DNA of 64,000 nucleotides from Octopus sinensis (taxonomy: Eukaryota): positions 5,456,001 to 5,520,000 of the forward strand of contig NC_043021.1 of assembly GCF_006345805.1 (NCBI RefSeq), read 5' to 3'. A program made the translations under genes and the position numbers. Under the pieces are notes generated by a model that was not told where the DNA came from, ran no database searches, and saw nothing but the letters and a program-made list of their open reading frames with translations. This document shows positions 26,366 to 39,419 of this stretch, piece by piece (within the stretch, counting starts at the first letter, position 1; each line of letters starts with the position of its first letter).

Positions 26366-26818
26366 TTAACCCTTTCGTTACCAACCCAGCTGAAACCGGC
26401 TCTGGCTCTTTAACCCTTTAGCATTCAGATTACTCTGTCAAATGTAAAGCCTGTTTAATCACATTGTTTTAAATTAATTGTACAGCATCTTGTAACTCTG
26501 AGATTTTGATGATGTCCCTGTTTATTTTTAGAATTACTTTGTAGGGTAGGTGTGAGAGGTCAGAGCTGGCTGGTTTGAGCATAAAACAGGAAGACAATTT
26601 TGGCCTGGTATGGCCGGTTTAAACACTAAAGGGTTAATATAAATGTCTTGTTTTCAAAAGTTCTGAATTAAAATCTTCCACCAAATCTTATTCGCAATTT
26701 ATGTTCCTAACACCAGCTTAATGATAATGAAGTTATTTTATTAAATTCTTTGTTATATTTAAAGTAATTGAAAGAAACACAGAGCATCTCAAAATATATA
26801 CAGTAACAAAAGGGTTAA
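26366..26818. mobile_element. piggyBac-type MITE with a second piggyBac-type MITE (26410-26637) nested at a TTAA
   Basis: Outer TTAACCCTTTCGTTAC...GTAACAAAAGGGTTAA; inner TTAACCCTTTAG...CTAAAGGGTTAA. Confidence 0.85.
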
Positions 26819-27733
26819 TTAGCCATTGTGTTACCATATTTCTGTTGAAGCCTTTGTTTCAACTAATTTATAAAAGAAATGAAGAATTTATCGAAATAAC
26901 TCTGTTGCTATTGAGCTGGTGTCTAGAACATAAATTACCATGAAATTTAAGATGTAAGATCTTAATGTCGATCTTTTTAAAACAGGAAGTTTGTTTCATA
27001 GAATCAGGGGTAGTTTTCAGAATGGATTGGTACCAGAAGAGTTAACCCTTTTGTTACCATATTTCTGTTGAAATACACTGTTTGTTTCTGTTGAATTTGA
27101 GAATAATTAAGAATTTAGTGAAACAACTTTGTTAATTTAAGTTCCAGATACAATATTCATGATAAAGTATTTCGTAGAAGGTTTTAATTTGGATATCTTT
27201 AATACAGGAAGTTTTTATCGGAGATCCAGAGTGGCCCCATATGGGGTTGGTATGGTATTAAAAGGGTTCAGTCCATAGATATCTGAAGAAGATGGAAGTG
27301 GAACAACAGCTGAAACATTGTTGGGGGACAATATTTTTTGGCAGTTGAGGACATAATCTGAATACATCAATGTTTGATGATGCATTTTTTTAGTTTAGTT
27401 TTTGTTAAATTTTTGCTATATTTATTGTTGCTTTCCATTATTGAATATTGCTTGGCTTTTAAACTAATGTATTTTATGAACTTATATACTTATACAGAAC
27501 ACATCCTATGTATAGTGTTAGTTAATGTTTGCTAAGTATCATCATCAGAGAGCAATCACTATATTGAAACAATGGTGACCATGATAATTCTCTCTCTCTC
27601 TCTCTCTCTCATTTATTCTTAATAAGTTCTGGCAGATTCAAACATGAATAAGCTAATCATTGTTGTGTTTCGTGAGAGGAAAACGCTTCACTTTTATGAA
27701 AAATATGTGTTTATAATACACTCGCTTCATTTG

Positions 27734-28377
27734 CATAAAGGATTCTGGTACAGCTGGTGTTTCAACATCGTTGTGTCTCATTTCTTTACTGCCCCCAAGG
27801 GGCTATACACAGGGGGTACAAACAAGGACAGACAAATGGATTGTCGATTATATCGACCCTAGTGTGTAACTGGTACTTATTTAATCAACCCCGAAAGGAT
27901 GAAAGGCAAAGTTGACCTCGGCAGAATTTGAACTCAGAACATAGCGGCAGACGAAATACCGCTAAGCATTTCGCCCGGTGTGCTAACGTTTCTGCCAGCT
28001 CACCACCTTCTTCATTGTGTCTTTTCAGCTTGAAGCACATTCAGACTAATGAATCTAACAATGGTGTCGGCAGCAAAGAACGCTGACAAGACACAATGAA
28101 GAAGGTGGTGAGCTGGCAGAATCGTTAGCACACCGGGTGAAATTCTTAGCGGTATTTCGTCTGCTGCTACGTTCTGAGTTCAAATTCTGCCGAGGTCAAC
28201 TTTGCCTTTCATTCTTTCGGGGTCGATTAAATAAGTACCAGTTACACACTGGGGTCGATATAATCGACAATCCATTTGTCTGTCCTTGTTTGTTACTCCT
28301 GTGTATAGCCCCTTGGGGGCAGTAAAGAAATGAGACACAACGATGTTGAAACACCAGCTGTACCAGAATCCTTTATG
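27734..28377. repeat. About 295-bp inverted duplication (SINE B plus flanks) with a 52-bp spacer
   Basis: Arms 27734-28029 and 28082-28377. Non-SINE flanks on both sides are duplicated too; about 12 mismatches by hand count. Confidence 0.93.
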
Positions 28378-28980
28378 TGGGTCAGCTTTTTGCGATCCCT
28401 TTTCACCACCTTGTCTTCTTAGGGCTCCCCTTTGGACAGTGTATGTAAAGTGGTTGGTTACAGGAATACTATCCAACTGTTGAACTCATACTTAAAACAC
28501 ATGCCATACACTATACCAAAGATTGATGCTGTGCATGTGTGTGTGTGCCAGATATTACAAAGTAACATGACACGTGGCAAGAGAATTCCAACCCATGCCA
28601 GCATGGAAAAACAGAGATAAAAAAATAATGATAGTAATGGTTATATATACAATCCTACATACACAGAAAAATATATACCTGCACACAGATACACAAATAT
28701 ACACAGATACACGTAATGCTAGTAAATCAGCAACATAAATATCGCAAGGAATGTTTTTGCAAACTTTGATTGACTGGAGAGTGAGAGTGTGTGTGGGTGA
28801 GAAAGAGGGAGAGAGAGAGAGAAGTAATCGGTTCATATTATTATTCTATGTTATCTTTCTTCATACATTATGAAACCCAAAAGGAATCTGTGTATTTTGG
28901 CAGCAGTGTTTCATAATTTCATTTACTAAGATAGTTATGGCTAGCCATCATATGTCAGAGTAACAAGTTTACTTATCATT

Positions 28981-29044
<64 letters not shown>

Positions 29045-29373
29045 GGAGTAGTAGTAGTAGTAGTAGTATTAGTGTTGTTTTTGTGCAAAACTTCGGTAAA
29101 TTTCTCAGTTTGCAGTAGGTTAAGAATCTAACATGGCAAAGTAATAAGAACTTCAAAGGTTATATTTTCAATCTGTATAATTCCAGTCCCATTGAACCAA
29201 TGAACAACCAAATGACTGCTCTACCGACCGAGCAAGATATCCAAATTTTCAGAGTACTAATGGTTAACTTGTTAACACTTTTTAACTAGCTGTGTTTAAG
29301 AAAGTATAAAGTGCGGATACAGGAAATAAAAATGTATATCAAAATGGATGGATAGATACATATATATATACAT

Positions 29374-30357
29374 ACTCTTACTCTCTCTTTTACTCTTTTA
29401 CTTGTTTCAGTCATTTGACTGCGGCCATGCTGGAGCACCGCCTTTAGTCGAACAAATCGACTCCAGGACTTATTCTTTTGTAAGCCCAGTACTTATTCTA
29501 TCGGTCTCTTTTGCCGAACCGCTGAGTTACGGGGACGTAAACACACCAGCATCGGTTGTCAAGCGATGTTGGGGAGACAAACACACACATATACATATAT
29601 ATATATCGGCAAGACTAGTCAGGCCATAACCCATGGCCCCTACCTGGGACGTAGTCAGTCCACCTGTGCATACCTTCCTTCTTGTGACACTTGTGAAGAC
29701 CTGTTGAGGCAAGTGAAAATCAAAACAAATCAAAATAGATGAACATCAATGGAATTTGTATCTTTGTGGTACCAGTGCCGGTGGCACGTGGCACATAAGA
29801 AAACCATCCGAACGTGGCCGTAGCCAGTACCGCATCGACTGGCCTCCGTGCTGTGGGCACGTAACAAGCACCATCCGATCGTGGCCGTTTGCCAGCCTCA
29901 TCTGGCACCTGTGTCGGTGGCACATAAAAACACCATCCGAGCGTGGCCGTCTGCCAGCCTCGTCTGGGACCTGTGTCGGTGGCACATAAAAACACCATCC
30001 GAGCGTGGCCGTCTGCCAGCCTCGTCTGGCACCTGTGTCGGTGGCACATAAAAAACACCATCCGAGCGTGGCCGTCTGCCAGCCTCGTCTGGCACCTGTG
30101 TCGGTGGCACATAAAAACACCATCCGAGCGTGGCCGTTTGCCAGCCTCGTCTGGCACCTGTGTCGGTGGCACATAAAATCACCCACTACACTCTCGGAGT
30201 GGTTGGCGTTAGGAAGGGCATCCAGCTGTAGAAACACTGCCAGATCTGACTGGACTGGTGCAGCTTTCGGGCTCCCCAGACCCCAGTTGAACCGTCCAAC
30301 CCATGCTAGCATGGAAAGCGGACGTTAAATGATGATGATGATGATGATGATGATGAT

Positions 30358-30421
<64 letters not shown>

Positions 30422-30583
30422 GATGGGCTTCTTTTCAGTTTCCGTCTACCAAATCCACTCACAAGGCTTTGGTCGGCCCGAGGCCATAGTAGAAGACACT
30501 TGCCCAAGGTGCCACGCAGTGGGACTGAACCCAGAACCATGTGGTTGGTAAGCAAGCTACTTACCACACAGCCACTCCTGCAC
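29374..30583. mobile_element. SINE A (- strand; 29374-29600 and 30421-30583) split by a family C element (+ strand; 29607-30357) inserted in its internal (TA)n
   Basis: The tail half and head half of SINE A flank the insert, with (TA)n on both sides. Confidence 0.8.
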
Positions 30584-30987
30584 CTAGATACACTTGTATG
30601 TATATACACTGGGTCTATGCATACACACTGGGTATAAATATTTTTTAAAAAAGAACAAAAGTATTTAGTAAAAACGTAATGTGTGAGATTTGTATACACA
30701 ATGTGTGTGTGTGTGGTAAATAGGTTTACAATGCATGCATGTGTGTATGTGTTATGCAGACTTGTGCCTGAAGTTTTGTTTCACAGATACTCTTTAAGAA
30801 CAAACATGAACACATCCATGTATATGCACTTACACTTGCACACTCTTTAAAACATACACATTGGCACAGTTATACAGGCACACTCTTTGATACACATGCA
30901 CTTAGATATACAACATACTTCATATGCACACTGAGACACACCCACATACTACACCATAACCAGTTGGTCATGAGCCTTCACTAAGGC

Positions 30988-31215
30988 ATACCTATTTCTT
31001 TACTACCCACAAGGGGCCAAACACAGAGAGGACAAACAAGGACAGACAAACGGATTAAGTCGATTAAATCGACCCCAGTGCGTAACTGGTACTTATTTAA
31101 TCGACCCCGAAAGGATGAAAGGCAAAGTCGACCTCGGCGGAATTTGAACTCAGAATGTAACCGCAGAAGAAATACTGCTAAGCATTTCGTCCGGCATGCT
31201 AACGATTCTGCCAGC
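30988..31215 (-). mobile_element. SINE family B monomer
   Basis: Reverse complement of head plus one 184-bp unit. Confidence 0.85.
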
Positions 31216-31401
31216 ACGACCCCAAGCAGTGTCTGGGGATGCTCAAGTATTGTGCCTCAGTAACACTAGCCACTAATATGAAGATTTTACACACACACAC
31301 ACATATGCATCTGCACACATACATATTCACACTGACTGATACACCTATCAATGTAAATTGGAAGATATTTTAAACTATCTCTGCTGTTTGTACCTCTAAG
31401 C

Positions 31402-31620
31402 CAGTGGTTTGCAACCAGGGTTCCGCGGAACCTTAGTGTTCCGCCAGTACAGTCCAGGGGTTCCGCAAGAAGTTACAAAACTGCTAAAATCGGCAGTAAT
31501 TTTTATTTCTCCTGTGCAGATATGTGTGCATAAGACAATTAAATTATTGCACAGGGATTCCTCGAGCCAGTGGAATGTTTCCTTGGGGTTCCGCTCCAGC
31601 AAAAAGGTTGAAAGGCACTG
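31402..31620. mobile_element. hAT (Charlie-like) MITE with a perfect 8-bp TSD
   Basis: TSD ctctaagc at 31394-31401 and 31621-31628; TIRs CAGTGGTTTGCAACC / GGTTGAAAGGCACTG. Confidence 0.9.
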
Positions 31621-32749
31621 CTCTAAGCAGACACCATTATAAGCCTTTTTAAATAGTTCTCTAAGTGAAGACAAAGATTTTTGAGTAGTAACAAAAATAG
31701 ACAAAGAATTAATTGAAGTGTAACGGAGAGGAATTTCTTGAGGTGAAATTCAAGATGTGCTCCAACCAGGATTAAATCCACCATGAAGTTCTTAAGATCA
31801 TTCAGAAGTTGTTTTCAATGATGTATGTCTTTGTATGTGTTTGGTCAACCATACCTATACATATATAAATGGATCAGGTAAAATGGATGGAGAACTCGTC
31901 TGAGGAATCCCTCAAAATATACATTACTAACAGCTAAACCCAGTTTCACCTGGTCTGTTTGGATGATGTGGCTGTGATCGTTTTCGGTTAGGCATAATCT
32001 ATAACACTGTTTGTCAACCATATCATTTCGGGTCCCCTGTTTCGATTGGAGCATCCAGCTGTATGAACATTTCCTGACCCCACCCCGTCAGAAAACAGCT
32101 TCTAAGCAACTGGTTGTTTTAATGGCGGAAGAAAGAGGGAAATTCCATTAGAAAAGTTTTAATCAATTTTCTCGGTAAGTATGGGGGTTAGGAAAAAAAT
32201 ACAAACTGCATTCCAATCTATGCACCCGTCTCCACCTGTGTGCCATTTTTCACGTGGATTTACCCAGCCGTTTGGCTGTGAACCTCAAGACAAGAAAGAA
32301 TACAACGATCGCCCATGTCCAATTTATATTATAGATTAGGAACTGAGACACCAGTATTGTTTTGATAGGTGTCTTTATGTTATTTGATGTTGCTGCAAAT
32401 GTAAATTCTGCAATTTGTTCCAACATTCTATGATTTTGAAGTATTGAGGGGAAAATCTGCATCCACTGCAAAAGAACGGTGCAACAGAATACGATTGTTG
32501 TCTGTTTTGAACCAGTTTCCATACTCTTTCCAAAGTCATTCATCACTTTCCTTTCTCTCTCTCTCTCTCTATGTCTTCTCTCATATGTGTGTGTGTATGA
32601 CATTTTCTATCCCTCTTTATTTCACTTGTCTAGATAGGTAGACAGACAAAGAAAGAAAAATAGAAAGAGACAGTGAGGGAGGAGGAGGAGAGAAAGACAG
32701 TTTGACGTCCTGCAACTGTAACACTCCCACCATCACCACCAATCTCTCT

Positions 32750-33107
32750 TCTCTCTCTCTATGTTCCTCACTTTTATTCTCTCTCTCTCTATGTTCCTCT
32801 CTTTTACTCTCTCTCTTCCTCTCTTTTCTCTCTCTCTCTATGTTCCTCTCTTTTACTCTCTCTGTACCTCTCTTTTATTCTCTCTCTCTCTGTTCCTCTC
32901 TTTTACTCTCTCTCTGTTCCTCTCTTTTACTCTCTCTGTTCCTCTCTTTTATTCTCTCTCTCTCTGTTCCTCTCTTTTATTCTCTCTCTCTCTGTTCCTC
33001 TCTTTTACTCTCTCTGTTCCTCTCTCTCTCTCTCTGTTCCTCTCTTTTATTCTCTCTTTTACTCTCTCTCTCACTTTGTTCCTCTCTTTTATTCTCTCTC
33101 TCTCTCA
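32750..33107 (+). repeat. Pyrimidine minisatellite, unit about (ct)n-gttcctctctttta
   Basis: More than 10 copies of gttcctctctttta separated by variable CT runs. Confidence 0.85.
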
Positions 33108-33288
33108 TTGTAGTGGTGTTTTGAGTGAATGAAATTTCTGTAGAAATGAGAGCTACAAGAGTTTGGTGTTTTGACATTCCTGACAAACTGGAATGGTAAT
33201 AATATATATTTAAACAGGATGTATCTGTTGAAGAAGCTGGAAACACAGAAATGCTTGCACACACACACACACCACACACACACACACA

Positions 33289-33332
<44 letters not shown>

Positions 33333-33540
33333 TTCATGCCCATCCAGTCAAATGCTAGCATGAAAAATAGATGTGAAAATGATTTTATATGTATGTGGTT
33401 TTATGTGGCCATCCATCAAATACACAAACATATTGCATGTGATATACATTGTACCCTTCACATTTATGTAACATATATGGAATGTGTGTTATATGTAATA
33501 TGTGTGTGTATTTATGCATGGATGGATGGTTATATAAACA

Positions 33541-33578
<38 letters not shown>

Positions 33579-33623
33579 AGATAAGAAAATGGAGAATGCA
33601 TTTACAACCCCTATCTCAATTTG

Positions 33624-33659
<36 letters not shown>

Positions 33660-33807
33660 GTGTGTGTGTGTATATATGTGTGTGTGTGTGTGGTGTGTGT
33701 GTGTATATGGTGTGTGTGTGTGTGTGTGTATATTGTGTGTGTGTGTGTGGTGTATATATATGTGTGTGTGTGTGTATATATATATGTGTGTGTGTGTATA
33801 TATATAT

Positions 33808-33838
<31 letters not shown>

Positions 33839-33842
33839 ATAA

Positions 33843-33879
<37 letters not shown>

Positions 33880-33887
33880 ATATATGT

Positions 33888-33934
<47 letters not shown>

Positions 33935-33955
33935 GTGTGTGTGTGTGTATATATA

Positions 33956-34018
<63 letters not shown>

Positions 34019-34299
34019 AGCAAATTCCAGTTTTAAAGAATTTCAGTCATTAGGATTCTTTAATTCTGTCATAGCTATTGTTAATACTTTTGTTTTACAC
34101 ACACACACATACACTCATGTATACACACACACATGCCACATGTTTATATTTGGTATACAAACACTTATAATAAACATTGTACCTATAGAGATAAGTAATA
34201 TATTTCATACATCTTTTCATTTCTCATTCATCTTCACGTTTAAGTTAAAAAAATTATTAGACCAATAATTATTAGGTGAAAAGGTTATTATATTATATT

Positions 34300-34533
34300 A
34301 ACGTAAAGTATACTAGCCATCTCAATATGGCTAACCACTAATACCTAGAAACTGCAGTCCGTGCGTGTCACTTAGGTTGACGAGAGAGGGATGACCTCCT
34401 TTGCAAATACCATAAGGGCACAGAAAGTGTGCCTAAAGCCAGCTGGAGACGATGATCTCCTGGGGCTAAAAAGCTACAGTAACACCCACCCTTAGTGGTT
34501 AGCCATATTGAAATGGCTAGTATACTTTATGTT
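34300..34533. mobile_element. Short element with 42-bp terminal inverted repeats
   Basis: aacgtaaagtatactagccatctcaatatggctaaccactaa versus ttagtggttagccatattgaaatggctagtatactttatgtt (2 mismatches). Confidence 0.8.
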
Positions 34534-34931
34534 GTCGGGCAGTTACTGTTTACATCTCGTCCAGAGATTTATTATTGCTTATATTATATTATTCTTGTGA
34601 AAAGCTAGGAAAAAAAACAAAACAAAGAAACCTTGTAGATTTTATAATCCGTTCACATGTTCAGCTTATTGCTGACTTTGTCTTTCTAAGGTTGGTCTTT
34701 GTTCCACCCTCAAATTTGCATGAAACAAAGCAAGTTAACAATAGATCGCTGCCACCTGAAGGAACAAACATTTGTTCATCATGAAATCGATATCTGAAGA
34801 GACACATGTCTATTACACAGTGCCAATTACCATGATTCTGCATAGCATTTAACTGAGAGGAGATGTTTATGTATAAGTCATAATTAAAGGTGCCAATTAT
34901 CAGATGTGTTAAAATGTTATTTTCACATATA

Positions 34932-35347
34932 GGCACAGGAGTGGCTGTGTGGTAAGTAGCTTGTTTACCAACCACATGGTTCCGGGTTCAGTCCCACTGC
35001 GTGGCACCTTGGGCAAGTGTCTTCTACTATAGCCTCGGGCTGACCAAAGCCTTGTGAGTGGATTTGGTAGATGGAAACTGAAAGAAGCCCGTCGTATATA
35101 TATATATATTTATATATATATATGCGTGTGTCTGTTTGTGTGTCTGTGTTTGTCCCCCTAGCATTGCTTGACAACCAATGCTGGTGTGTTTATGTCCCTG
35201 TTACTTAGCGGTTCGGCAAAAGAGACCGATAGAATAAGTACTGGGCTTACCAAAGAATAAGTCCCGGGGTTGAGTTGCTCGATTAAAGGCGGTGCCCCAG
35301 CATGGCCGCAGTCAAATGACTGAAACAAGTAAAAGAGTAAAAGAGTA
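34932..35347 (+). mobile_element. SINE family A full-length copy
   Basis: ggcacaggagtggctgtgtggtaag... through the aaagagtaaaagagta tail. Confidence 0.88.
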
Positions 35348-35849
35348 TATTAGCTCGTTAAGAAGAAAGAGTTGTATTCGTTATTGAACCAACATCCATG
35401 GTAGGTGTATTCATTTACTCATCCGCATCCAAATTCCATTCAAAATTCCATCTGGCCATCATATGTCACATTCAGTTCCAAAGATATTTGTATTGCCTGG
35501 CCTCGTCTCTTAGATCATTCCATTAGTAGTACTGTTTATTTATTTTTTTCCCCTGTATTTCTGGGCAATCAGTCCCTTTATATAATCTGTACATATAAAT
35601 ATTTTTTAATGTAGGTTTCATAATTACAGACAAGAAAAATAGAACTGAGAACAGGAGTATATATATATATATTTTTATTTTTAATCCACAGAAATTACAA
35701 CTCAAGGAAGGGCCAAGTGCTTCACATGTGGCACTTAACAAATTGGTTTCAAACCAAATGGATGAGTGCCATGTATGAAATTCTCAGTCCTCGAGCCATT
35801 TTGTACTTTCTGCTGATTAAACAATAATTAAAAAAAAATAATTACTATA

Positions 35850-36171
35850 TACCATATTTACTCATGTATAAGTCGCACTATGTTTAAGATGATTTTACCT
35901 GAAAAATCCGGGATGTGACTTAAATACTCAGGGCAAAGTTTGAAAATGAAGGGGAAAAAAAATTGTACCTAGATTTAACACAAAATTAGGGTTTGCAACT
36001 TATACCTGGGGTAAAGCTGATATGAAGTCTGAAATGATAGGAAAAAAAAATTTTTTTATATCACTAAATTAGAGGTGTGATTTATACATAAGTGTGGCCC
36101 ACGCACAAGTGCAACTCATGCACAAGTGTGACTTGTACGCAAGTGCGACTCATACATGGGTAACTATGGTG
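35850..36171. mobile_element. Tc1/mariner (pogo-like) MITE about 150 bp upstream of exon A
   Basis: About 30-bp TIRs taccatatttactcatgtataagtcgcact / agtgcgactcatacatgggtaactatggtg; TA context. Confidence 0.65.
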
Positions 36172-36320
36172 TATTTATTTCATTTGGATTTTTATTTATT
36201 TTTTTTCTCTTTTTTTCCCCTTTTATTTTAAATTTATTTTAAAACTCCCTTCGTTCCACCCATCTCCATCCATTCTGTTGTAATATATAATGCAGCCTCT
36301 GTTGCTTTGTTACTATGCAG

Positions 36321-36557
36321 TGCGTCTGTGGGTGCGCTACCCCCACTCAATGTTACTCTACCACCACTCACTAAGGCCTATGGAGAACCGATCACACCGC
36401 CGTTCCCTGTGCCCCCTACGGGACCAGGCAACTTCTATGAGGATGCCCTCTATGATGACCCACAGGAGTTTAAATCTTCCGCCAACACCACCGTCGTCAC
36501 CGGCAGCAGCAGTTCGGCGTCCAGCAGCAACGCTGGCGCGCAGATGATGTCAAACAG
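36321..36557 (+). CDS. PXN: Putative paxillin cassette exon A (79 codons, phase 2-2; Pro-rich, YGEP/YEDA/YDDP)
   Basis: Acceptor gttgctttgttactatgcag|T, donor AAC AG|GTTGGG (an alternative phase-1 donor G|GTAACT lies 5 nt downstream). 237 nt, open frame, GC-richer than flanks, phase matches the exon ending at 23066. Confidence 0.72.
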
Positions 36558-36758
36558 GTTGGGTAACTTAGTACACCTTTCCCCCTACAGTCACCCCCTC
36601 CCCCACCCCCACCCCCACCCGGTCATCTCCTCTGCCGACTTTCGAAAAGCATATATCTAAACATGTGCATGCACACAGATATATATACATTTACACACAC
36701 GTACACGCATATATACATACACACACACACATATACAACATACACACACACACACACA

Positions 36759-36805
<47 letters not shown>

Positions 36806-37751
36806 TGCACACACACACATATATATATGTACATACGCATATGCTACATATACACATGCACATATATATGTACATACACACACACACATATACAACATAT
36901 ACACACACATATATATATATACACATGCACATATATATATATATATGTACATACACACACACATATACAACATATACACACACACACATATATATATATA
37001 CACACCTGCACATACATATATACATGTACATACACACACACACACACACATATGCACATGCACATATATATATATGTACATACACACACACATGTATACA
37101 TGTTTATACATACATATTCAGACACACATGTTCATGCTACGACCCTGGTTTACCCTCCTTAATTTTTAACTCCCTCCACCTATACCCCCTTTCATTTTAC
37201 ACAATTAACAACAAATCCATTTTTGCATCAGCCACTACCACCACCTCCACCACCACCACCACCGTCCATTCCCCCCCCAGCACACCCTACCCTTGCTCTT
37301 GCATTACATTGCCATCATCTGCGAATTGGCTACTTTAGATAATCATCCTTGCGTCTGTCTGATATAGGCTTTCTTTACGTACTATACTCTGTAGCTGATC
37401 TTTAGATGGCTCTAGAGCAATCTTATGCGCCACAGCTTGTGGACGCATTACCATCTTGCATCCAGTTCTAGTGGTATGAGGGTTGTAGACTTTTAGTTTG
37501 TCTTGGTATTCAGCTGGTAATTTTGTATGTTTACCTTCTTTCTAGTTATTTAGTATACTGAGCTAGTTCATAAACGTGGATATGCTATAAAGCTGCATTG
37601 TACAAGCAAATAATAATAATAATAATAATAATAGTAATAGTAATCATAATAATAATAATAATAATATGGGAATGCATACAATGCCCTTCTCTGCCCTAGG
37701 TGTATGGAAAACACTCGGCGAAAAAGGGAAGAAAATTTAAAGAAAGAAGGA

Positions 37752-37789
<38 letters not shown>

Positions 37790-38240
37790 TGGTTTCAAAT
37801 TTTGCCACAAGGCCAGCAGTTTCAAGGGAAGTGGTAAGTTGGTTATATTGACACCCCCAGTGCTCAGTTGGTACTTATTGGTTGTGAAAAGTTGAAAGGT
37901 AAAATCGATCTTGGATCTTGGTAGACTTTTTAACTCAGGATGTAAAGCTGGAAGACGTGATGCTAAGCATCTTTGTCTCATATGCTGATGAATCTGCCAG
38001 CTTTCACCTTAATAATAATAATAACAATATTGACAACAATAGTCATAATATAAAATGAAGGAGAGGATGAGGGTGACAACAATGACGAGGACAATGATGA
38101 TAAAAGAGTTAATAATCAATTTCAAAGGATGACAGTATTTCCGTATGAAATGGAAAAAAAGCATCCAAATGTAAAAACTGTGCAAACAACAACCCAGAAT
38201 GCAATGGTTGAAAACAGGAAGCAATTCCCTGTAGTAATAT

Positions 38241-38474
38241 CTATTTCTTTACTGCCCACGAGGGGCTAAACATAGAGGGGACAGACAATGACAGACAAAG
38301 GGATTAAGTCAATTATACTGATCCACAATGCGAAACTGGTACTTTATTTATCGATCCCGGAAGGATGAAAGGCAAAGTCGACCTCGGCGGAATTTGAACT
38401 CAGAACGTAGCTACAGACGAAATACTGCAAAGCATTTCGCCCGGTGTGCTAACATTTCTGCCAGCTCGCCGCCT
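38241..38474 (-). mobile_element. SINE family B monomer with 11-bp TSD
   Basis: TSD tgtagtaatat at 38230-38240 and 38475-38485; defines the monomer as about 50-bp head plus 184-bp body. Confidence 0.88.
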
Positions 38475-39419
38475 TGTAGTAATATGTCTTGGGGAATGGT
38501 AGTGAGAGGTGGCCTTGCACCACTAACAAGAACGAAACAATAATTTGAAGAGCATCACCACCATCACCAACAATGAAAGAACAATGTGAAGAATATGAAG
38601 GAAGGAAATGAAAAAAATATTTGGAACCCTATATAAGGTGATGGTTGGGGCTCCAGGAGGGTTAGTTTTTTGGGGTTGTTTACAAAATAATTTAAATTAT
38701 ATTTTTGCTATTATATTTTAAGTCTTTCTGCTTCTACCATTTTCTAGCTTGTTCTCATAACCTGTCTCCCCCAGCCCCCCATGGCATCTTTTTTTTTCTT
38801 TTTTTTTTCTACTAAACAAAATTTGACCCCAAGAGTGCAAAAACTAGTGCAAAATCTGTGCATGGGATTGTTTCCTTGGATGTTTCTGCAAAGAGACATT
38901 TTTGGTTTGTTCTGGAATATCCTAGCTGCTGCTACTGAAAGGAAAATAAAAAAAAAAAATAATAAAACACCCAACCCCACTCTCTCCAATGAAGCTTGTT
39001 ATTAAAACCCATTTAGAAAAATAATTGCAAGTAAACAAATAACCACAACAATAATAATAATAATAATAACAACAACAATAACTGCCTGAATATTACTAAC
39101 ATATCGTATAGTTTTGGGTAAATGAAGCAACTGTAGATATTTACCTGTTTATTGTTTTGTTTTTTGTTTGTTTTTCCTTGTTTTGTTTTGTTTTTTTCTG
39201 TTAATAATTATAGTATATATTTCATGGATAATAATTAAATATATATACTTTGCTTTCTGTTTGTTTTTATGTTAATTAAAATGAAAGTAATGCCAGCAAT
39301 ACCTAACACACACACACACTGTTTATGAAAGTGATCTTGGATGTTCCAGTTATGCAGAGGAATGTCCATATGGATAACATTAATGATGAGATTGTATGAG
39401 CGATGTCTTCCAAGTTGTA

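Noticed and set aside
29607-29680. HDV-like ribozyme at the 5' end of the family C element
   Set aside because: Partial P1/P3-like pairings (gacta/tagtc, ccc/ggg) exist, but I could not place P1.1, P2 or the catalytic J4/2.
29780-30190. Regularly spaced repeats resembling a CRISPR array (also the 184-bp array at 797-2130)
   Set aside because: No unique spacers, no cas genes, eukaryotic context; the units belong to dispersed retroelements.
37232-37340. Polyproline frame (PLPPPPPPPPPSIPPP) after catcag
   Set aside because: Phase 0 is incompatible with the neighbouring phase-2 exons, there is no donor, and it derives from a (CCA)n repeat.
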